From Candidatus Poribacteria bacterium (GTDB lineage: Bacteria > Poribacteria > WGA-4E > WGA-3G), in assembly GCA_965200345.1 (NCBI GenBank), contig OZ241378.1, positions 659,231-723,230 on the forward strand: a stretch of 64,000 nt of DNA. The letters are read 5' to 3'. Below the pieces are notes generated by a model. It did no database searches, was not told where the DNA came from, and saw only the letters and a list, made by a program, of their open reading frames with translations. Below, piece by piece: positions 57,615 through 64,000 of this stretch. Made by a program: the position numbers and the translations under genes. Each line of letters opens with the position of its first letter. The first letter of the stretch is position 1.

Positions 57615-58391
57615 TCAATATTGATCTTGCAGCGGCACAATACTCACTGCCAACCCCGTTTTATCGTCTAATTCTATCTCAGCACCGCAGAGTTTGACAT
57701 TGCCTTTAGCGACAGTGAAGCGCGCTGGCATCATCGTCAGAAACCGTTCAAGCACAAGATCCGTTCGTACGCCGATAACCGAATCATAGGGGCCCGTCAT
57801 CCCAACATCTGTAATATAAGCCGTGCCTTGCGGGAGCACGCGCGCATCCGCTGTCGGAACATGCGTATGTGTCCCAATCACCGCGCCGACTCTACCGTCA
57901 GCGTGCCAACCCATTGCGATTTTCTCAGAGGTCGCTTCGGCGTGAAAGTCGAGAAGGATATTGGGTGTCACCGCTTTTATCTCAGGCAAGATTGTATCAA
58001 GGGCGTGAAATGGGTTGGTATATGGGTTCATGAAAAGTTGTCCAGCGAGGTTGATGACACCAAGTTGGGTCTGTCCGTCATCAGAAGAGACGATGGTCAC
58101 GCCGCGCCCGGTCACCTCGGTTGGATAGTTCGCCGGACGTATCAGCTGCGGTGTTGTATCTATAAAGTTGAAAATATCTTTATTATCCCAGACGTGGTTG
58201 CCAGTGGTAATGGCGGAGACACCTGATGCCAAGAGTTGATCAACAATCTCAAATGTCAACCCTTTCCCACCCGCCGCGTTCTCTCCGTTAGCGACAATAA
58301 AATCATACCTGTCGCGATGCGCTTCCAGAAACTTCGTTGTTGCTGCTCTGCCCGGATTGCCGACTATATCTCCGATAAACAGTATCTTCAT
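57615..58391 (-). CDS. YmdB-like metallophosphoesterase (TIGR00282 family)
   Basis: 'MKILFIGDIVGNPGR' and 'GENAAGGKG' are present. Confidence 0.85.
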   Translation of the reverse strand: MKILFIGDIVGNPGRAATTKFLEAHRDRYDFIVANGENAAGGKGLTFEIVDQLLASGVSAITTGNHVWDNKDIFNFIDTTPQLIRPANYPTEVTGRGVTIVSSDDGQTQLGVINLAGQLFMNPYTNPFHALDTILPEIKAVTPNILLDFHAEATSEKIAMGWHADGRVGAVIGTHTHVPTADARVLPQGTAYITDVGMTGPYDSVIGVRTDLVLERFLTMMPARFTVAKGNVKLCGAEIELDDKTGLAVSIVPLQDQY

Positions 58392-58426
58392 TTTTAATGG
58401 CTATCGGCTGTCGGCTTTCAGCTATC

Positions 58427-58457
58427 AATAAAAAGGGCTCTGATGAACCAGAGGCCC
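58427..58457 (-). terminator. intrinsic terminator downstream of pyrE
   Basis: On the minus strand, GGGCCTCTG-gttcat-CAGAGCCC is followed by TTTTTATT. Confidence 0.65.
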
Positions 58458-58460
58458 TTG

Positions 58461-58488
58461 CTGACTGCTGACTGCTGACTGCTGACTG
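58461..58488. repeat. perfect heptamer tandem repeat (CTGACTG)x4
   Basis: It was read directly and abuts the pyrE stop codon. Confidence 0.9.
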
Positions 58489-59010
58489 CTACTCTCCTTC
58501 TAACTCCGCAAGCGTAAAAACGGACGTGAATGTGCATCCAAGTGCATTAATCTTTGCTGCTCCGCCTGCCTGCCGATCAATCGCGGCTACGACATGTTCC
58601 ACTCTATACCCCGCTGCACGAATCTGTTCAATTGATGTGCAAACCTGTCCCGCAGTTGTAATCACATCTTCTATCACGACAAGCCTGCTACCCACTTTGA
58701 CCCCACCCTCTATAAGGTTACAGGTGCCATAAGTTTTTGCTTCCTTACGGACGTAAAAGCAGGGGATCCCCGTTTGTAATGAGAGCGCGGTTGCAAGCGG
58801 GATGCCACCTAATTCCAAACCTGCCAACCCGTCACAACTCGGTGGGAGCCGTTTCACCATCTCTTCAGCAATCGCGGTGAGCAGTGTGGGGTTGCTCTCA
58901 AATCGGTATTTATCCCAATAGAAATTACTAATACTTCCTGAACGGAGTTTGAATTCACCTGTGAGATACGAAGTCTCACGGATCTGTTTTGCAAGCTCTG
59001 TTTTTGTCAT
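58489..59010 (-). CDS. pyrE: orotate phosphoribosyltransferase
   Basis: The PRPP motif 'LVVIEDVITTAGQ' and 'SGSISNFYWD' are present. Confidence 0.9.
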   Translation of the reverse strand: MTKTELAKQIRETSYLTGEFKLRSGSISNFYWDKYRFESNPTLLTAIAEEMVKRLPPSCDGLAGLELGGIPLATALSLQTGIPCFYVRKEAKTYGTCNLIEGGVKVGSRLVVIEDVITTAGQVCTSIEQIRAAGYRVEHVVAAIDRQAGGAAKINALGCTFTSVFTLAELEGE

Positions 59011-59235
59011 TGTTTATAGTTGTCAGTACGGTTTTCTACGAAAACCTTTCAGTTGTCAGTACTCGGTTGTTGGTTATCAGAGGAATAGTTGTCAGTTATC
59101 AGTACTCAGTTTTCAGAGAAAGGGTTATCAGTTTTCAATTATCAACTACAAAAGGCCCTCGGTAAACGAACACCTCTTACCTGACAACTGAAAGGTTTTT
59201 TAGAAAAAAAAACCGTACTGACAACTGATAACTAT
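59011..59235. mobile_element. MITE-like 225-bp element bounded by about 45-bp inverted copies of the unit ATAGTTGTCAGTACGGTTTTCTACGAAAACCTTTCAGTTGTCAG
   Basis: The left copy lies at about 59016..59058. The reverse complement of the right copy at 59181..59235 matches it. The interior is made of heptad repeats. Confidence 0.55.
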
Positions 59236-60278
59236 TAAAACACCTCAATATGCGCGGTTTCTCCTGCTACCACTTCTCCAATAACAGCGGCTTCAGGGCA
59301 ATCCGCTGCACGGAGCTCCGCTACCGCTGCATCAGCGTTCTCGGCGGGAAGTGAGAACAGCAAACCGCCGGACGTTTCCGCCTCCATCAGAATGTGATGC
59401 ATCGCCTCGCTATCTGTGTGGAACGTAACTTTGTCGGCAAGGAACGTCATATTCGCAAGATAGGCTTGCGTATAGGTATCCTGCGCGATGAGTGCCGGGG
59501 CATCTTCAAAGTGAGGCACGGCTTTGCTATCTATCTTAAGATGGGCATCATTGCCTGCCGCCATCTCCGAAGCGTGCCCTAACAACCCGTAACCCGTGAC
59601 GTCCGTGCAAGCACTTGCACCATACTTCAGCATCACCGTCGATGCTGAGGCGTTGAGCCGAGTCATCGATTCAACGAGTTGTGGTAGCACCGCATCGCTG
59701 ATCTTATCAAACTTCAAACCTGTGGTCAGAATACCGATACCGAGGTTTTTGGTCAAAATGAGGACATCCCCCGGGCGTGCCCCGTAATTTTTGACGAATT
59801 TCTCCGGATGCACGATCCCCGTTACAGAGAGTCCGTACATCAATTCTGGTGCATCTACCGTATGCCCACCGACAAGCGCAGCCCCCGCTTCAATCGCTTT
59901 TTCAGTGCCGCCCCTGACAATATCACCGAGGATTGATAAATCCAAGTCCGCCTTGGGCCAGCAGGTGATATTCAACGCCGTTTTCGGGACACCGCCCATA
60001 CTATAGACATCGCTCAGTGAGTTCGTCGCAGCGATCGCACCGAATGTATACGGGTCGTCAACGATAGGTGTGAAATAGTCAACCGTGTTGACGAGTGCAA
60101 GGTCATCAGAAATACGGTAAATTCCGGCATCGTCCGAGGTTTCGGTACCGACAAGGAGGTTCGGATCGGTGGATTTCGGGATGTTATCTAAAATGTGCGC
60201 CAGCTCCCCTGGAGCGAGTTTTGATGCTCACCCAGCGCATTTCACAGTCGCAGTTAAACGGATTTTCTGTTGTGTCAT
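59235..60278 (-). CDS. selD: selenide, water dikinase (selenophosphate synthetase), selenocysteine-containing (UGA at 60230..60228)
   Basis: Extending ORF 59235..59999 upstream in frame gives 'MTQQKIRLTATVKCAG-U-ASKLAPGELAHILDNI...GTETSDDAGIY...', the SelD N-terminus with Sec at the catalytic Cys/Sec position. Confidence 0.85.
60200..60218 (-). other. SECIS-like hairpin downstream of the selD UGA
   Basis: GCUCC-AGG-GGAGC begins 12 nt after the UGA and is extendable by two flanking pairs. It was folded by hand only. Confidence 0.4.
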
Positions 60279-60288
60279 AATAGAGGTG

Positions 60289-60318
60289 CCAGTTTTCGGT
60301 TGTCAGTTGCCAGTTAAG
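60289..60318. repeat. heptad repeats ccagttt tcggttg tcagttg ccagtta
   Basis: It was read directly and fills the selD-isomerase spacer. Confidence 0.75.
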
Positions 60319-61222
60319 AGGTTTCCTGTAGATCCTCCAAGACAGATTTTACGTACGCCACGCTCCGTCCATCTTGATGGAATTGGTCGCCATCGCGGAT
60401 ACCCTCGATCGCCAGATAGCCATCGTAGCCAGCATCAAGTGCCGCGGCGATTGCGAAGCGATAGTCGATTTCACCATCGGGCAGCGGGACTTGGACATAG
60501 ATAGCCGTTTCCAGCTCTGGGATATGCACGCGATAGAGGCTTTTGCAATGCCAATAGTTGACATGCGGTGCAACCGCTGTGATTGCGGCTTCGCACGTCT
60601 CCTCTGGGATGTCGTAAGTCCAGTAGACATTACCTAAATCCGGATTTATGCCGACATTCGGCGCGTCAATTAATTTTAACAACCGTAGCGTTGACGCACT
60701 GTTATCCGCTATTGAATTTTGATGGATTTCTATGGAAATCTCGACACCGAGATCCGCGGCGATAACGGCGACTTCACTCACAGCTTTCGCAGTCCGTTCG
60801 TAATCTCCATCATTCGCTTGACGGCTTGATCCTTGTGAAACGGATTCGCCACGATATGTCCCTTTTCCGCCCGGATCGTCGGGCGGTGTAGTGACTGTGG
60901 AATTAACAATGCCCGCACCCACTTTCGCCGCGAAGTGGACGGCATCTATCATCCGTTGTTTGTTGGCTGCAGCGACCTGTGGGTCCCTCGCAGCACCACC
61001 ACCGCCGCGAATGGCGACGCATGGCATACCTGTATCTTCAAGTTCTGCGCGGAGTGTTTTGGCTTCAGCGTCAGAGAGATTCATTCCAGGAAGTTCAATC
61101 CCGTCGAAGCCGATCTTTTTGGCGTGTTCTAAAAACCGCCGTCTATCTGTTGCATCGGTGGGTAACGCGCCACCGTTGTAAGGGTATGATGTACATCGTC
61201 TAAAAGCGTACGCAATCTTCAT
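60314..61222 (-). CDS. sugar phosphate isomerase/epimerase (xylose-isomerase-like TIM barrel)
   Basis: Pattern 'FDGIEL', 'ISIEIHQNS', 'GINPDLGN' and 'YLAIEG'. Confidence 0.7.
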   Translation of the reverse strand: MKIAYAFRRCTSYPYNGGALPTDATDRRRFLEHAKKIGFDGIELPGMNLSDAEAKTLRAELEDTGMPCVAIRGGGGAARDPQVAAANKQRMIDAVHFAAKVGAGIVNSTVTTPPDDPGGKGTYRGESVSQGSSRQANDGDYERTAKAVSEVAVIAADLGVEISIEIHQNSIADNSASTLRLLKLIDAPNVGINPDLGNVYWTYDIPEETCEAAITAVAPHVNYWHCKSLYRVHIPELETAIYVQVPLPDGEIDYRFAIAAALDAGYDGYLAIEGIRDGDQFHQDGRSVAYVKSVLEDLQETS

Positions 61223-61935
61223 GGCATCCTTCCTTCAAATAGATAGGCTACAGCCTGCTGGAACTGTTGAAAAAGTTGAGCGTTTACAACGTCTATTGCT
61301 GCAGGCTTCTTCCAAGCGTCATTACAATCGGATGGTTCGTGCTGAGGTGCGGTGTCTTTGGCATCGGGTATGGCACGCGCACCGTTATCAGGCGTAGTTA
61401 GTTTAGCACGTCCTACCCTTTTTTGTAAAGCGACATCTCGGTCTGCGATCGCACCGAGAACGCTCCGATAATACCACGCTTGGTCTTCGACACCGCCGTG
61501 AAACCGATCCCAGACAGCATCGCCGATGAGATTGTATTCTGAAATGATAGTCCGTAGATTGTGAAGCTTATCAGCGCACGTCACAGTACAGACTTCGGGG
61601 CTGGCACTTCTTAATGCCTCAATCCGTTCCGTTTTACGGGCGCGCCACCGCAATGCCTTGTCCTCTGAACAACCGTCAACGATATTTGCGATAGCATCCC
61701 CAAAACGTTCCCGAATAAATTCCAACGTCAGATCGGTGTCCTCAACCGTATCGTGCAAGATACCTGCGATAATCACTGCCTCAGTGCATCCCGCTTCCAT
61801 TAAGATGAGTCCGACGGCATAAGGATGTGTAATGTAAGGCGTATCGGTGCCTTTCCGATATTGCCCTTGGTGGGCTTCGGCGGCGATCTCTATCGCTTCT
61901 TCGATCTGATTTTTTCCAGTACCGTTTTGCGTCAT
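61219..61935 (-). CDS. HD-domain (p)ppGpp hydrolase-like protein (SpoT/Mesh1 HD domain only)
   Basis: 'HQGQYRKGTDTPYITHPYAV' and 'AGILHDTVEDT' are present. Confidence 0.75.
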   Translation of the reverse strand: MTQNGTGKNQIEEAIEIAAEAHQGQYRKGTDTPYITHPYAVGLILMEAGCTEAVIIAGILHDTVEDTDLTLEFIRERFGDAIANIVDGCSEDKALRWRARKTERIEALRSASPEVCTVTCADKLHNLRTIISEYNLIGDAVWDRFHGGVEDQAWYYRSVLGAIADRDVALQKRVGRAKLTTPDNGARAIPDAKDTAPQHEPSDCNDAWKKPAAIDVVNAQLFQQFQQAVAYLFEGRMP

Positions 61936-62044
61936 ACTTCTATTGAAAAAGACAGGTCCTACAGACCAAACCTTGGTAGAAAATTGGAGATTTAAATATT
62001 GTTAAATGATACACTATTTCAAGTGTAACCGTCAAGGTATTTTT

Positions 62045-62112
62045 GTAATAGTAACCAGTAACCAGTTAAGAACTCTCACTGCGAGGCACTCTTTAACTGG
62101 CAACTGATAAAG
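62045..62112. repeat. heptad repeats plus hairpin CCAGTTAAGA...TCTTTAACTGG
   Basis: It was read directly. The 'CCAGTTAAGAG' unit recurs at 53137 and 60309. Confidence 0.75.
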
Positions 62113-62121
62113 GAACACATT

Positions 62122-63585
62122 ATGACAACAATCGCCATCGGCGGCATCATGCACGAATCCAATACATTTAGTGAGACGCCGACCGACTTCGCCGCGTTTT
62201 CGCAAACCTTTGCTCGGAATCTGGTCAATCTCTGGGGCGAATCCCATCACGAAATAGGTGGGTTCATCCAAGGTGCAACAGAATACAACTACACGGCTTA
62301 CCCGACACTCATGACTTCGGCAACACCCGCAGGGCGTGTAACAGATGACGCTTTCGACCGATTTACCGAGATGTTAATCCAGCACCTCAAAGCTGCCCCC
62401 AAACATGAAGGACTCCTCCTCGCACTCCACGGCGCAATGGTCGTGGAGAGTTATCCGGACGGTGATGGTGAAGTCTTGCGCCGACTCCGAGATGCCTTTG
62501 GTCGTGACTTTCCGATTGTCGTTACGCTCGACCAGCACGCCAACATCTCCGAACAGATGGTCGCCGGATCAACCGCACTCGTGGTTTACAAGACAACGCC
62601 GCACATTGATCAACGCCAACGCGGACTACAGGCGGCAGAACTCATGATGCGGATCCTCAGGGACGAGGTTACGCCGACGCAAGTACTCGCTAAACCACCG
62701 ATGCTCCTGAATATCTTGTATCATAACACCAGCGTGCCACCGATGGAGCCTATTCTCACAGCAGCGAAGCAACTCGAAACGCGTCCTGATGTCCTCGCGG
62801 CAAACGTCGCATTGGGGTATCCGTATGCCGATGTTTATGAAGCCGGTCCCGCCTTTGTCGTCGTCACTGACGATGCCCCACAACTCGCACAGACGGAAGC
62901 CGATCGGTTATCCGATGTGTTGTGGAACGTCCACGAACAACTCACACTTGATCTCCCCGATGCTGCACAAGCAGTCACGCAAGCCGTCCAGTCTGAACAG
63001 CGTCCTGTTATTCTGGTCGAGATGGGGGACAACATCGGCGGCGGTTCACCCGGGGACAGCACTTTCGTTTTGGCGGAGTTGCAACGACAAGGGGCATCGG
63101 GATTCGTCGTTGTGCTCTATGACCCCGCGGGTGTGCAAAGTTGTATTCAGGCGGGTGTCGGTGCAGATGTCGCTTTAGGTGTCGGCGGGAAAGCAGACAA
63201 TCTGCACGGTGATCCTGTCGCAATTCAGGGCAAGGTACGTCTGATCCATGACGGTAGCTATGAGGAGACGCAACCTCGGCACGGCGGGCAGCGGTACCAC
63301 AATCAGGGGTTAACAACTGTCGTCGCTGTGGGTGATTCTCTAATCGTACTGACAAGTAGACGGCAAACCCCGTTTAGTCTTCAGCAGTTGTTGAGTCTCG
63401 GCATTGATCCGACTGCGATGCGGATGATTGTTGTCAAAGCCGCGGTCGCCTACCGCGCTGCCTACGAACCGATTGCGGGGCAGATTATTGAGGTGGATAC
63501 ACCCGGATTGACTGCGGTGAACCCGTTGCATTTTGAATATCACAACGTCCGTCGACCTTTGTTTCCTCTGGATTCTGAACTGTGA
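62122..63585 (+). CDS. M81-family metallopeptidase (MlrC-like)
   Basis: The N-terminus 'IAIGGIMHESNTFS' and the overall MlrC N- plus C-domain length fit the family. Confidence 0.75.
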   Translation: MTTIAIGGIMHESNTFSETPTDFAAFSQTFARNLVNLWGESHHEIGGFIQGATEYNYTAYPTLMTSATPAGRVTDDAFDRFTEMLIQHLKAAPKHEGLLLALHGAMVVESYPDGDGEVLRRLRDAFGRDFPIVVTLDQHANISEQMVAGSTALVVYKTTPHIDQRQRGLQAAELMMRILRDEVTPTQVLAKPPMLLNILYHNTSVPPMEPILTAAKQLETRPDVLAANVALGYPYADVYEAGPAFVVVTDDAPQLAQTEADRLSDVLWNVHEQLTLDLPDAAQAVTQAVQSEQRPVILVEMGDNIGGGSPGDSTFVLAELQRQGASGFVVVLYDPAGVQSCIQAGVGADVALGVGGKADNLHGDPVAIQGKVRLIHDGSYEETQPRHGGQRYHNQGLTTVVAVGDSLIVLTSRRQTPFSLQQLLSLGIDPTAMRMIVVKAAVAYRAAYEPIAGQIIEVDTPGLTAVNPLHFEYHNVRRPLFPLDSEL

Positions 63586-63632
63586 TTTACAAGATTAGAG
63601 AGGCTATAAACTTGAAATACTACTTTTATGTG

Positions 63633-63706
63633 CTAATGACTGACGGCTGATGGCTAATACGCTGATAGCCGACGGCTGATGGAAACCGACGGCTGACGGC
63701 TATTGC
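63633..63706. repeat. heptad repeats (ctgacgg ctgatgg ctaatac gctgata gccgacg gctgatg ...)
   Basis: It was read directly and overlaps the stop codon of the next gene. Confidence 0.8.
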
Positions 63707-64000
63707 GCTTCTATTATCTCGTCCCACAAAACCTGCTGCACGTCCCCGGAACTATACATTCTTAAAACAACCGGTTCCGGTCCACCTAAGATGACCGAAT
63801 CGCCTCTATCATGATTAACATTGATAAAACTATTATGCGCGTTAAATGCCGATACCGCCGCTGACGCACCTCGTTCGTTTTCAACCTTCAGCATCGCTCT
63901 GGGACTTTTGATCACAACAGCCGCACCATCTTCCCTTGTCCCAATTGATATCGTACTGGCACCGTTATCAATAGCGATGTCCCCATTATTAACACCGTTT
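63700..64000 (-). CDS. hypothetical protein, C-terminal fragment (ORF open to the window edge)
   Basis: The frame stays open from 64000 down to the TAG at 63700. The N/G/D-rich sequence looks like short beta-strand repeats. Confidence 0.4.
   Translation of the reverse strand, partial: NGVNNGDIAIDNGASTISIGTREDGAAVVIKSPRAMLKVENERGASAAVSAFNAHNSFINVNHDRGDSVILGGPEPVVLRMYSSGDVQQVLWDEIIEAQ

Overview
The 64-kb window looks like chromosomal DNA from a diderm (outer-membrane-bearing) bacterium. It is densely coded, mostly housekeeping genes, with no rRNA, tRNA or CRISPR that I could recognise. All coordinates, hairpins and alignments were worked out by hand; nothing was searched or folded computationally.

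Gene content:
- thiI and a GT9 glycosyltransferase.
- A minus-strand operon of a beta-propeller protein, a G1P-dehydrogenase-like protein and an M19 dipeptidase.
- A PP2C phosphatase.
- nadD, a small repeat protein, a yacG-like gene, yqeK and rsfS.
- A frameshifted LRR surface protein with a T9SS-type C-terminal domain.
- An aldo/keto reductase, a beta-barrel OMP, a family-5 SBP and one ABC permease.
- An aquaporin, two tandem hsp20 genes, udk, aroF and leuA.
- pepA, an Rpn-family nuclease, cupins and a VOC protein.
- A selenocysteine formate dehydrogenase alpha subunit.
- Three paralogous BMP-family binding proteins with apt and a divergent DUF6807 plus nucleoside-type ABC importer.
- A giant tamA/tamB pair.
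- tlyA, dxs, xseB, xseA, a ymdB-like gene, pyrE and a selenocysteine selD.
- A TIM-barrel isomerase, a SpoT-like HD hydrolase and an MlrC-like peptidase.

Main observations:
1. The organism decodes UGA as selenocysteine. The ORF track splits both fdhA and selD at an in-frame TGA.
2. A third candidate is more unusual. In one frame, a clean signal peptide is followed by TGA-GGT-GCT-TGA and then a 316-codon beta-barrel ORF. This is a possible Sec-x-x-Sec outer-membrane selenoprotein.
3. A Tyr/Trp/Phe-rich leader ORF plus an intrinsic terminator sits upstream of DAHP synthase. This looks like a ribosome-mediated attenuator.
4. Three tandem sigma54 -24/-12 boxes and a large palindrome lie upstream of the hsp20 pair.
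5. A pervasive family of heptad ('CAGTNNN/CTGANNN') and 'GGTTT-loop-AAACC' hairpin repeats fills the intergenic spacers. It has apparently inserted in-frame into tlyA and tamA.
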